Origin: Thecamonas trahens ATCC 50062
Lineage: Eukaryota; Protista; Apusomonadida
DNA: 64,000 nt
Direction: 5' to 3'
NCBI RefSeq assembly: GCF_000142905.1
Contig: NW_013657651.1
Span: 1 to 64,000, forward strand
Of this stretch, positions 44,500 to 55,045 are shown piece after piece (positions within the stretch are counted from its first letter, which is position 1; every line of letters starts with the position of its first letter). The notes beneath the pieces are model-generated. The model did no database searches. It saw only the letters and a list, made by a program, of their open reading frames with translations, and was not told the origin of the DNA. Made by a program: the position numbers and the translations under genes.

Positions 44500-44579
44500 C
44501 ACAAGCGCCCTTTGTGCCTGCGAACCCGATCGCGCCCGCGATCACCCCTCTCCCCCCCCCCCCCCCCTCCCCCATACCC

Positions 44580-47500
44580 ATGCGCCGCCGCCGGGTGCTC
44601 AAGCCCTTCCCCACATCCAAAAAGGCCAAGCTCCTGTCTGGAGCCCCATCGCTCAAGAAGCCCTTTCGCCCACCCCGTCCTCTCGGTGGAACTGGGGCCC
44701 GCGACAATGCCGGTGGAGAGGGGGCCAGTTCTACGACCTTTTCTGGACCGCCGGCTGTGAGTGCGGCCGCCGGCACTCCTTCCGCCAGCGTTCCCACGAC
44801 GACCTCGCCTGCAGCAGCACCTCGTGGTCGTGGAAGGCTCCGTGGGCGTGGGCTTAGCCGCAGCAGGGGCCTGGGCCGCGGCCGGGCCCCACTTCACCGC
44901 GGCTTCAAGCCGCCCACGGCCCGGGCTGGGGCGGCCGCGGGCAGGCCGGCCGCGACCGGCGGAAGCAAAGCCGATGAGTCGGTGAAGAAGCGGTACTACG
45001 CCGTAGTGTGGCGCAAGTACACCAGAAAGAAGCACAAGACGTGGGATGGCGACGGCGTGCTGGTCATGACCGGCTCGTCGGTCACCCTCCTCAACGACGA
45101 GGGCAAGCAAATCGCAAAGTCGCGGCTTCAGGGGCCCGGCGCGTCGATGGCGCTGACCGAGGGCGAGGAGCTGACCTTTTCGTCCAAGGAGGTCGAGGTC
45201 ATGGGCACCATCGCCGAAGCCGACTTTCTCTCGGGCAAGGCCTTCCTTGGCGGCGCATCTGCCGGTCTCGCCCCGCCGCTCGCAGCCGTCCCGCGGTCCA
45301 AGGCAGGCCGAGCCCGCAAGCCTGTCACCGACGCCAACGCACCAGGCGCGCCCAGCTCGGACTTTGTGACGCCGTCAGGCTCACTTGGTGCGCGCGGACA
45401 TGCCGCTGCACGATCGACTGCGCTCTACTCGCCAGATACGCCCGATGCGCTCGTGCTTCACCGCGATCCACACGGCGGGAGCCGCGCAGGCCTCTCGGTC
45501 GTCCTCGCGCCCAAGCTCACACGCATCCTCCGCCCGCATCAGAAGGAGGGCGTGGCGTTCATGTACAAGTGTGTAATGGGCCACGGTGGCTTTGCCGGCT
45601 CGGGCTGCATCCTCGCCGACGAGATGGGCCTCGGGAAGACCATCACTGCGCTCTCGCTTGTCCACACCCTCCTCAGCCAGTCGGAGGTCAAGGCTGCGCG
45701 ATCGGCGGCAGAGAAGGCCATTGTCGTCACGCCGTCGTCGCTGGTTAAGGGCTGGGAGCTCGAGATCCGCAAATGGCTCGGTTTCACCCACCTCCCGCCC
45801 ATCACCATCCACCACATGTCGAAGAAGGAGATCAAGGCTGCCGTCGCCGAGTTTGTGGCGGGCAAGGTCAAGAATCTGCTCATCATCTCGTACGAGCAGT
45901 TTCGAGTCCACGCCAAGGCCATTTGCAAGGCCAACGTCGGCTTGCTGGTGTGCGACGAGGGCCATCGCCTGAAGAACGCCGAGATCAAGACCGCCAAGGC
46001 GCTGCTCAAGCTCAACACCAAACGTCGCATCATCCTTACAGGCACCCCGGTCCAGAACGACCTCAAGGAGTTCTTCTCGGTCGTCGACTTTGTCAACCCG
46101 GGCATCCTCGGCGAGTACCCCACTTTCCGCCGCATCTTTGAAGAGCCGATCGCCAAAGCGCAGGAGCGCAACGCGTCGCCGGCAGTCGTCGCTCTAGGCA
46201 AGGCCCGCTCCGACGAGCTCGCCCGCATCACATCGCAGTTTATTCTTCGCCGGACGCAGTCCATGATGCGCAAGTACCTGCCACCCAAGGAGGAGCATGT
46301 GCTGTTCATCAAGATGAACCCGCTGCAGGAGGCCATCTACGAGGCCTTTGCCCGCGCAAAGCTCTCGGGCATGGCCTCGGCCAAGGACCTCTCGTTCTCG
46401 TGGGCGCTCGCGTGCATCACCACCCTCAAGAAGATCTGCAACCACCCCGCGCTGGTGCTCTCGCGCTCGACCGCCGCCATGGAGGCCGCCGCCGCTGCCG
46501 GTGAGAGCGACGACGACGACGCCGCGGAGGACCCCGACGACGGCCCACTCGTTCTCGACTCGCTTGAACTCCCGCGCGAGCTCCGCGAGGCTCTTGAGGA
46601 CTACCCGTCGCTGACCTCGTCGACCGCCGCCATCGTCCCGGAGCTCTCGTCCAAGATGCAGGTCCTCCTCGGCCTCCTCGACCACCTCGCGGCGTCGACG
46701 ACCGACAAGATTGTCATTGTCTCCAACTACACCCAGACCCTCACGCTCATTGCCGACATCCTCGAAGCCCGCGGCATGCTCTTCCTTCGGCTTGACGGCT
46801 CGGTGCCGGCTGCCAAGCGGCCGTCGCTCGTCACTCGCTTCAACGCCGCAGGCGATACCGAGCGCATTTTCCTGCTCTCGGCCAAGGCCGGCGGCGTCGG
46901 CCTCAACCTCATCGGCGCTAACAGGCTCGTCATGCTCGACCCGGACTGGAACCCGGCAACCGATCTCCAGGCCATGGGCCGCGTTTGGCGCGACGGCCAG
47001 ACCAAGCGGGTCATCCTCTATCGCTTCCTCACCACCGGCACCATCGAGGAGAAGATCTGGCAGCGCCAGATCATGAAACAGGGCCTCTCCGATGTCATCG
47101 TCGACGACAATGCCGCCAAGACTGGCTCGTTCACCAACTCGGAGCTCCGCAACTTGTTCAAGTACAACGCCAACACCCTCGCTGACACCCACGACCTCAT
47201 CGGCTGCCTCTGCTCCTCGGACGGTACGCCCATCAACGGCATCGCCCTCACACAGGCCGCCGTCGATGCCTCGGCCGCCGCTGTCGCCGCTGTCACTGAG
47301 GACTCGCTCCTCGACTCGGCCCTCGACGCGCTCGACGACGCCGATCTCACCCCAGCAACGCCCGTCGCCCTCACCCCGCCCGCCGCCGACGCTGCCGCTG
47401 CCGCTGCCGCTGTCACCGCTTCCGCAGACCAAGAATCCGAAGTCGAGGTGTGGAACCATGTGGAGTGGCCTTCGGCCGTCGGCGATCTCAACGTCGGCAC

Positions 47501-47612
47501 CCTCACCTCGTCCATCTCGCTCACCCCCAACGAGCCGTCGTCCGGTCCACGGCCGCTCGTCTCGTTTGCCTTTACCTCGCAGCTCGAGTCGCAGCGCGGC
47601 AAGAGCAACTGA
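44580..47612 (+). CDS. RAD54B: RAD54B/Rdh54-like SNF2 DNA translocase
   Basis: N-terminal YYAVVWRKYTRKKHKTWDGDGVL. LRPHQKEGV, ILADEMGLGKT, DEGHRLKN, TGTPVQNDL, DWNPATDLQAMGRVWRDGQ. Confidence 0.9.
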   Translation: MRRRRVLKPFPTSKKAKLLSGAPSLKKPFRPPRPLGGTGARDNAGGEGASSTTFSGPPAVSAAAGTPSASVPTTTSPAAAPRGRGRLRGRGLSRSRGLGRGRAPLHRGFKPPTARAGAAAGRPAATGGSKADESVKKRYYAVVWRKYTRKKHKTWDGDGVLVMTGSSVTLLNDEGKQIAKSRLQGPGASMALTEGEELTFSSKEVEVMGTIAEADFLSGKAFLGGASAGLAPPLAAVPRSKAGRARKPVTDANAPGAPSSDFVTPSGSLGARGHAAARSTALYSPDTPDALVLHRDPHGGSRAGLSVVLAPKLTRILRPHQKEGVAFMYKCVMGHGGFAGSGCILADEMGLGKTITALSLVHTLLSQSEVKAARSAAEKAIVVTPSSLVKGWELEIRKWLGFTHLPPITIHHMSKKEIKAAVAEFVAGKVKNLLIISYEQFRVHAKAICKANVGLLVCDEGHRLKNAEIKTAKALLKLNTKRRIILTGTPVQNDLKEFFSVVDFVNPGILGEYPTFRRIFEEPIAKAQERNASPAVVALGKARSDELARITSQFILRRTQSMMRKYLPPKEEHVLFIKMNPLQEAIYEAFARAKLSGMASAKDLSFSWALACITTLKKICNHPALVLSRSTAAMEAAAAAGESDDDDAAEDPDDGPLVLDSLELPRELREALEDYPSLTSSTAAIVPELSSKMQVLLGLLDHLAASTTDKIVIVSNYTQTLTLIADILEARGMLFLRLDGSVPAAKRPSLVTRFNAAGDTERIFLLSAKAGGVGLNLIGANRLVMLDPDWNPATDLQAMGRVWRDGQTKRVILYRFLTTGTIEEKIWQRQIMKQGLSDVIVDDNAAKTGSFTNSELRNLFKYNANTLADTHDLIGCLCSSDGTPINGIALTQAAVDASAAAVAAVTEDSLLDSALDALDDADLTPATPVALTPPAADAAAAAAAVTASADQESEVEVWNHVEWPSAVGDLNVGTLTSSISLTPNEPSSGPRPLVSFAFTSQLESQRGKSN

Positions 47613-47710
47613 CGACGCAACTCCGCGGAGCCACCCGTCTCGACTTGCACCCAGCCCCAGCCAAGCACCGCACGGTAAAGGAGCGAGCCGGCGAAGCGGC
47701 AGAAGGAGGC

Positions 47711-48685
47711 ATGGCCGAGGCGAGCAAAGGGTGCGGCGGAGGGAGGGACAAGGTCGCGAGCCGGCGGTCGACTCGGTTTGCGGGCGCTGAGCTCGCTGCT
47801 GGCGTCGCGTCGGGTGTCGCGTCGCGGCTGGTTGTCGCTCCGCTCGACGTGCTCAAGCTGCGACTGCAGGTGCAGACTCGGGTAGCTTCCGAAGCTCGCG
47901 GCAAGCATGTGTACTCATCGATGCGACACGCGGTGGTCCAGATCGTCAAGACCGAAGGATTGGTCGGGCTCTGGCGCGGCAATGTGGCCGGCAATCTGAT
48001 GTACATGGGCTACGCGCCCATCAACTTCTTTGTCTACCACCAGATCCGGGTTGCGGCCTCGGACAACGACGCCGACCCGTCGCAGCCGCTGCCGTGGATG
48101 TCATCGCTTGCTGCCGGCGCCCTGTCTGCGTCGGTGGCCACGCTCGCCACCTATCCGCTGGATCTGATGCGGACCCTGTTTGCCACCCAGGGCGAGCCCA
48201 AGGTCTACCACACCCTGCTCGAGTCGACGAGGATCAGAATCTCCACCGATGGTCTGCTTGGCCTCTACCGCGGCCTCGGTATCACTCTTGTCCAGACGGT
48301 GCCGTACGTGGCAATCCAGCTGACTCTCTACGAGGAGGTCAAGGCCCGCGCCTTTGCCCACGACAACTTCCGCATGCCGATGTGGGCGTCTGCTGCTGTG
48401 GGTGCCTCATCCGGTGCACTCGCCAAGTTTGCCGTCTATCCGCTTGACCTCGTCCGCCGACGCATGCAGGTTCAGGGCCTGGAACGATCGGCCGAGTACG
48501 GAGGGCGACTTCCTTCGTACACATCGTCATGGCAGTGCCTCCGCGCCACACTCCACCTCTCAGGCGTCCGCGGTCTGTACCAGGGCCTACTCCCAGCCAT
48601 GTTGAAGGTCATCCCGGCCTCTATTGTCACCTTTGTTGCGTACGAGGAGTCGATCAAGCTCTTCCGGCGGCTCGATCGGGCGTGA
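47711..48685 (+). CDS. Mitochondrial carrier, thiamine pyrophosphate carrier (SLC25A19/TPC1)-like
   Basis: Three PxDxxK/RxR motifs (PLDVLKLRLQ, PLDLMRTLF, PLDLVRRRMQ). LWRGNV, FATQGEPKVY and MQVQG fit the TPC subfamily. Confidence 0.85.
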   Translation: MAEASKGCGGGRDKVASRRSTRFAGAELAAGVASGVASRLVVAPLDVLKLRLQVQTRVASEARGKHVYSSMRHAVVQIVKTEGLVGLWRGNVAGNLMYMGYAPINFFVYHQIRVAASDNDADPSQPLPWMSSLAAGALSASVATLATYPLDLMRTLFATQGEPKVYHTLLESTRIRISTDGLLGLYRGLGITLVQTVPYVAIQLTLYEEVKARAFAHDNFRMPMWASAAVGASSGALAKFAVYPLDLVRRRMQVQGLERSAEYGGRLPSYTSSWQCLRATLHLSGVRGLYQGLLPAMLKVIPASIVTFVAYEESIKLFRRLDRA

Positions 48686-48887
48686 CCCCCACGTGCTAAA
48701 CTGTCCTCTCATACCCGTGCCCGACATCGACGGCCGATGGCGAGGGTCTTGACGACGGCCTCGACCCATCCGAGAGCAGCGAAAGCGCTAGGCGATACAG
48801 TCGTTGTGTAGTTAGAAGAACAACATGGACGGCTAGGTAGTCTTGGATTGGTACCTACTCCTCCGCTCGCCCGTCTGCCCGCCCACC

Positions 48888-48964
48888 CCGCCTGCCACCC
48901 GCCGGCCACCCGCCGGCCACCCGCCGGCCACCCGCCTGCCACCCGCCTGCCACCCGCCGGCCAC
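48888..48964. repeat. 11-bp tandem repeat (GCCACCCGCC[G/T]), ~7 copies
   Basis: Directly visible upstream of the RapGAP gene. A 10-bp CCACCTCACT x4 follows at ~49031-49075. Confidence 0.85.
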
Positions 48965-49129
48965 TCCTCACGCCCTTCGCATGTCAGTCCTCCCTCCACC
49001 CTACCACCACCACCACCTCCCCCTCCCCCTCCACCTCACTCCACCTCACTCCACCTCACTCCACCTCACTCCACCCACTACCAGGGTTGGTCCCCCCCCC
49101 CCCTCCTCCTCCTCCTCTTGTATTCCACC

Positions 49130-51937
49130 ATGGCACTGCTGTGTCCACGGTGCCCATGTGCGGTGTTTGAGGCCAACGTGTTTGTGCCTTCAAAGTGCCG
49201 CAATTGTGGCCACTCACACTCACACTCGGATGCCTCATCTCGGTCACCGCCGCTAACCACTGCTGCTCATCCTCCTTCATCACCATTGTCACCATTATCA
49301 GCAAGAAATGGTCGACATGATCTTCCTCTCAACAACTCGCAAGCTCTGCCATCGTCAACTGATGCTGACGCCCGTCGTGATGGTGGTGCCCGTCGTGATG
49401 GTGGTGATGGTGGTGATGATGGTGCTCGTGCTCATCCTCGTCAAGGTGATGGTGATTGCAGTGGATTGCATCCTGGTACGCTGGTACTCCCGGGCAAACT
49501 CGGCCAGGACTCAACCCGCCCACCGCCGACCCCAAACACGCCGCCTCCTTCAAGGACCATCTCAAAGCTCCGGGATCGGACGACTCCGACGTATTACCGA
49601 TCATCGGCCTCGCTGTACAATGCTCCGGCTGCACCTCTTGCTCGCGACTCGATGTATCAGGGTATGCCTCTCAAGGATCAGGAGCGCGATGCTCGCAACA
49701 GAGCTCTCACCAATGCGGTTGTGTCTGCAAGGGCAGAGGCCGCATCCGGCAAGACGGCTGCCGCCCGCCACGAGGGCTGGTCGGAGGCGGCTCTGCATGC
49801 CGCCATTGACGAGCGCCTCGCTGCGGCCATGGCCACCACTCAGGCTGTGCTCGAGGACCGCCTCGACGCCATCGTGGCCAAGCGCGTCGCCACCGCGGTC
49901 GAGTCCCGCCTCGCGGAGTTGGAGAGCCGCGTCCTCGCCCAGGTCAACGATCGGATCGCCGACGCTGTGGCTGCCAGTACCTCTGCGCTCGAGGCTCGCA
50001 TCTACGCGCTCGAGTCTACGTTGCCACAGCCTCGGCAAGCCCTCCTCGAGCCGCCGGCGCCAAGCCCGCGGTCACGGCGGACGTCAACAGCGTCGAGCGT
50101 GACGAGCGCAACGAGCGCAACGAGCGACTCATCTTTGGAATCTGGAACGCCGCTTGATGACGCCCGCCTCGCCGAGGCATCTGATGCTATCGAGGCCCGG
50201 GTCCTGGACGCTGTTTCCGAGCAGCTGAGCAGCTGCGACGTTGTCCGCCTGCAGTTCCGTGTCGAGGCGCTCGAGGCCCGAGTCCTGGACCTGCTGCACG
50301 AGCACAAGGCTGCGCTGGCGCCGGTCATGGCCGAGATGTTGCGGAACCAGAAGTTTGTGTCAGACGGAGATTTGTCGGGAATTGTGGTGACACCCGACGA
50401 CATCGACGACGACGAGCCCGAGGTTGATCCGTCGCTGGTGAGGCGGTCGGATGCGCTCCGCATCCCGAGCATGCAGCGGCTCAACAGCCGCCGGCGGTCG
50501 TCGTCGCTCTCATCAATGTATTTGAACAAGCTCAAGCGCCGACTCACCGCCCCAACCGCCAAGCCGTCATCGTCGCCGCGCCCGCCGCCGCCTTCGACGC
50601 CGCCACCACCGCGGGTCATCACACCGCAGACCCCGCCACCCGAGCTAGTCATCCACGACGACTCCAGCTCTAGCGACGGTTCCAGGAGCAGTGTAAGCAG
50701 CGGGCGCGACCGCGAGCCGGCGTCGGCGTCGGCGCAGTTGCTGGACACCCCGTCATCTGCGCGCACTCGTGCTTCGTCGGTCTCGGACGTCTCGCAGTCG
50801 CTGGTTCCGGGCGTCGACGTAGCAGCGTCGGACGGCAAGTGGGTGGCGGTCCGTCCCGTCCCGCGGCTCGATGTCGAGACTGTCGACCTCGGCGTGGCGT
50901 GGGACGAGTGTGACCTCGACTGGTACACCAAATACTTTAGCGGCAAGCCGACCGTCGAGTTTGTGGGCGAACACCCCAGCGAGGGTGTGGTCTCCGTCTC
51001 GATTGTCTCGTCGTTTGACGAGCACTCGGGCGAGCCCGAGTACAAGGCGGTTGTCCGCAAGAGCTCGGGCTTCTCCACGGCCACGCTTCCCAAAACCGCA
51101 GTCAAGATCTCGCGATTCAAGTCCAAACCCAAGGCGTCGAGCTTGCTCAAGGCTTTTGTGCCTGAGCTTGTCCGCGAGGCGCCGATGGTGTCGGTCAAGC
51201 CCAAGCTCGTTCAGCCGGAGCTGGTGTACATCGAGGAGCAGCTGCGGACAACAACGTACAAGTTTGGCGTTCTCCTCTGCAAGGAGGGCCAGTCCGACGA
51301 GGCCGACATGCTGACCAACGCAGGCGGTTCGGCCGACTTTGAGGAGTTCCTGGCCATGATGGGCGAGACCATTCCACTCGTGGGCCACACTGGGTACACC
51401 GGCGGGCTCGATACCCGACGCGGCGGAACCGGGAGCCACTCGATCTACACCCGGTGGAAGCAGTTTGAGATCATGTTCCACGTCTCGACCATGCTCCCGC
51501 TCGATGACTCGGACAGTCAGCAGCTGCAGCGCAAGCGCCACATCGGCAACGACGTCGTCCTCATTGTGTTTCTGGACGGCGAGCGCGACGACTTGGTCTA
51601 CCCGGCCCACGCCATGGCGTCGCACTTTACCCACCTCATCATTGCCGTCCAGAAGCACCAGGAAGCCTCGCGCATTGTCGGCGAGACCACATACCAGATA
51701 TCGGTCGCCTCGCATGCTCACGTCCCGCCCGAGTTTGAGTCGCGGCTCCCGGATCCTCCGCTCTTCCCACACTCGCCGCTCACGCGCGACTTTATCCTCT
51801 CGTACTGCGTCAACGGCGAGCGCGCCGCGCTCCTCTCGCAGGGCTTCAAGCCGGCCATGGACCGGACCCGCAAGGCCTACCTTGAAGCGCTCAAGGCGTA
51901 CGCCGAAGGCAACGGCCACTCGCTCGTGGTTCACTGA
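49130..51937 (+). CDS. Rap/Ran-GAP domain protein with N-terminal Cys/His motif and coiled coil
   Basis: YKFGVLLCKEGQ, FEEFL, YTGGLD, EIMFHVSTMLP, QRKRHIGNDVV (Asn-thumb), NGERA. Confidence 0.9.
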   Translation: MALLCPRCPCAVFEANVFVPSKCRNCGHSHSHSDASSRSPPLTTAAHPPSSPLSPLSARNGRHDLPLNNSQALPSSTDADARRDGGARRDGGDGGDDGARAHPRQGDGDCSGLHPGTLVLPGKLGQDSTRPPPTPNTPPPSRTISKLRDRTTPTYYRSSASLYNAPAAPLARDSMYQGMPLKDQERDARNRALTNAVVSARAEAASGKTAAARHEGWSEAALHAAIDERLAAAMATTQAVLEDRLDAIVAKRVATAVESRLAELESRVLAQVNDRIADAVAASTSALEARIYALESTLPQPRQALLEPPAPSPRSRRTSTASSVTSATSATSDSSLESGTPLDDARLAEASDAIEARVLDAVSEQLSSCDVVRLQFRVEALEARVLDLLHEHKAALAPVMAEMLRNQKFVSDGDLSGIVVTPDDIDDDEPEVDPSLVRRSDALRIPSMQRLNSRRRSSSLSSMYLNKLKRRLTAPTAKPSSSPRPPPPSTPPPPRVITPQTPPPELVIHDDSSSSDGSRSSVSSGRDREPASASAQLLDTPSSARTRASSVSDVSQSLVPGVDVAASDGKWVAVRPVPRLDVETVDLGVAWDECDLDWYTKYFSGKPTVEFVGEHPSEGVVSVSIVSSFDEHSGEPEYKAVVRKSSGFSTATLPKTAVKISRFKSKPKASSLLKAFVPELVREAPMVSVKPKLVQPELVYIEEQLRTTTYKFGVLLCKEGQSDEADMLTNAGGSADFEEFLAMMGETIPLVGHTGYTGGLDTRRGGTGSHSIYTRWKQFEIMFHVSTMLPLDDSDSQQLQRKRHIGNDVVLIVFLDGERDDLVYPAHAMASHFTHLIIAVQKHQEASRIVGETTYQISVASHAHVPPEFESRLPDPPLFPHSPLTRDFILSYCVNGERAALLSQGFKPAMDRTRKAYLEALKAYAEGNGHSLVVH

Positions 51938-53147
51938 TCCACCAATCCGCCCGCAAGATCAAGGATGTCGTCGTAGAGCGTCGCTGCCGACGCGTACGAC
52001 GGAAAGAAGTTGATGTCCAACGCGTACAGCTGCCCAGAGTTAGTCTCGGTCACAAGGTCGACGCCGTAGAGGTCGAGCCCCAGAGCGGTCGAGAACGCGT
52101 CGACCAGCTGCGGCGCAACGGCAGCGACCGCTGCCGCGCCATCCAGGTCGACTGCATCCTGCGGCGCCAGTGGCGGCGGCAGCTCTTTGGCGGTAAATGC
52201 AAGAGCGAGGTCGGCGTTGGGTACTGTCGTGTCGTCGGCAAGGCTGCGGAGTGAGGGCTTACAGACCTGATCGACGCGCTTGCCCGAGACATAGAGCTTG
52301 TGCACCACACCGGGGTGGTCGATGTGGGACTGGAGGATGACATGTGGCGCGCACGAGTCGCAGAGGGTAGCCACCAGCACCCCGTCGCTGTCAGTGACGG
52401 GATGTGGCGCCGGCGCGGCGCAGACGGCGGCGCAGTACGAGGCGACGAAGCGGACGAGGCATGGCGCGAGCAGCTCTGGCGACGGCACAAAAAGGAACGA
52501 TGCGAAATCTTGGACGCCGATGCCGCACGGGCCTTGACAATGATCGGCCAGCTGAGTCCGGCCGTGTCGATTACATCGTCATCACCCTCAAGCAGCGCGC
52601 GGAGTCGTACCGCGTCGAGAACCAGCGGCACGGACGGCGGGACTGCCACGCCGAGCGGAGCCAGTGCAGATTGAAAGAGGTCCAGTGTGAGGAGGCGATC
52701 AACTACGGCGACCAGCGGGTGCAGTGGCTGCAAAAGCCAGACGCGAGCTCTGGGGCCGAGATCTTCCACCGCACGCATGGCCTCCAGCACGAGCGCGTCC
52801 TGAGCGGTGCACGCGCACCGAGCCTGTCTCGGCGTCTCGAGGCCAAATGTGACACCAGTAAAGACATCGGTCATCTTGTGGACGATGACCACAGGCGTAT
52901 CATGCGCCAGCTGAGAAAGATCATCCCCCACGTGTTCATCACATGGAGGAAGCTCCGGAATCGATTCCTCGCCGCATCGAGCCACCACCGCCCGAAGCAA
53001 GCTCCCGGCGCAGACGCTCGCCACCGACCACGAGCGGGCATGGGCAGCAGCGGTGACGGCGGAGAGGTCAAGAGAGGTGCGCTTCTTGGAAGAGAGAAGG
53101 ATTGCAAGGGTCCGGTGGGCGCATGCCGGTGGTGGTGGGGCGGACAT
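51931..53147 (-). CDS. ITPK1: Inositol-tetrakisphosphate 1-kinase (ITPK1, ATP-grasp); 1-nt frameshift at ~52490
   Basis: IVHKMTD, WPIIVKARAASASKISH, LQSHIDHPGVVHKLYVSG, KPSL, LYGVDL, LDINFFPSY. Confidence 0.85.
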
Positions 53148-53197
53148 GGTGGTGGGCGGCGGTGGCGGTGGTGGTGGCGGTGGCGGTGAGTTGAGTG

Positions 53198-53234
<37 letters not shown>

Positions 53235-53502
53235 GAGGGGGGGGAGGGGAGGGAGGGGAGAAACTGGTGATGGTGAGAGAGCTCGATGGCATCGGATGAT
53301 GAGTTTGCCCATCCCGATCCGCCCACCCACCGGCTGGCCGACCTGTCGACCCACTGCCTGTCACCCCTCCGGCCTCCTTGCCTCCCTCCCCCCCACACAC
53401 ACGCACACACACACAGACACACCACTCCCCCCACCCCCACCACTCACCACTCACCCCCACCACACACACACACACACTACGGGAGAGAAGGGAATCACCG
53501 CC

Positions 53503-53560
53503 ATGTCCTCGTCAGAGTCGTCATCAGCAAGCTCAATCTCGCCGTCAGACTCGGGCTCCA

Positions 53561-53614
<54 letters not shown>

Positions 53615-54783
53615 TCGTGGGCTTGGGCGGGGAGGATGTGGAGTACGGCGTGCTGGAGTCCGAGGTGGTGGGCGTGATGGCGGAGGAGGCTGTGAAGGTG
53701 TATCATCCGACGAATTCGACCTTTCCGTGCGGGCAATCAGGGTGTCGGCCAAAGACTCTGTCATGTGTCTCGGGCAAGCAAGACGGTGTCATCTGGGGCA
53801 CCGTCCTCCTCATCACCATCCCGACCCTGGCGGTAGCTGTTGGTCCGATCCCGGCCTTGATGGTGCTACTGCCGGCCTTGGGCTACTTTGGAGCCGTCGT
53901 CCTAGTCTACGGCTATCTGCTGACAATGGCGGCGCTGATCGCCACCGCATGTACCGACCCGGGCATTCTTCCGCGGTCGCGCAGGCCGGCCGAGGTGGGC
54001 ACGGGTATGGGTCACGCCCGCCTCAAGATCGTGGGTGCTGCTCGCGAGGGCGAGACTCCGCTGCACCATAACATGACTTGGTGCCGGTCGTGCAGCGCGT
54101 ACCGACCGCCACGGGCTTCGCATTGCTCGCAGTGCAACAACTGCGTCGCCAAGTTTGACCACCACTGCCCATGGGTCGGCAATTGCGTCGGCGAGCGCAA
54201 CTACAAGTTCTTTGTCACTTTTGTCACCTTAGTCGTCATCATGGCCGGCCTCGTCATGCTTCCGCTGGCCATCGCCGGTATTCTGGTTGTTGCCAGCGCC
54301 AGCGAGGCCGATCTGGACAAGCTCTGGCTGGTGCCGGGTGTCGTCTACGGCACGTCCGCAATCTCAGCCTTTATCATCGTCATGGGCTTCTTCCCGGTCC
54401 TCGGCCTCTGCTGCTACCACCGAGCGCTCATTTGCCGCAACGAGACGACGAACGAGAGCATCAAGGCCACGTTCTTCCGCACCAATCCGTACCGCGCCTC
54501 GCGGACTGCCAACGTCCTCCGCACGCTCTGTATCCATCGCCCGGCCGCGATCCCGTTCCACGACATTGTCGATCTCGAGGCACAGGACCTTGCCGCTGTG
54601 GCTCATCACTCGGACATGACCGTCGTCAATCCCAAGGCTGTCCACTCCTCAGCCTCGCACTCGGACCCCTCGCCACGGACCCGTGCCCCACGCGCCGCCG
54701 GCAAGTCCCGACCCCGCCCCCGCTCGCGATCCCGCTCTCGCTCACAATCGCGCCCACGCCGCTCCAAGCGGCAACGCAGGTAG
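53503..54783 (+). CDS. DHHC palmitoyltransferase (Erf2/ZDHHC9-14-18-like)
   Basis: TDPGILPR, WCRSCSAYRPPRASHCSQCNNCVAKFDHHCPWVGNCVGERNYKFF, NETTNE. Confidence 0.93.
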
Positions 54784-55045
54784 CACCCACCTCGCTGACA
54801 TGTTTGTGTGTGTGTGTGCAGCCAGGGCTTGGCGACAATGTCTTGTATCGCAGCAGGGAAACAACCAATGTGTAGCCTTTACCCCGCCCTTACTCCCCAA
54901 CTACCTACCGCAGCGACATGGTTGCCGCCATCCACCACCTTGATCCCCCCCGCCGCCCCACCCCCCCCCCCCCCCCCCCGCCCCCCCCTGGCGCTGGTCT
55001 CTCTGGGCGAGGGGGGAGGGGGCGTCGGCCACCTGTCGCCCGACC

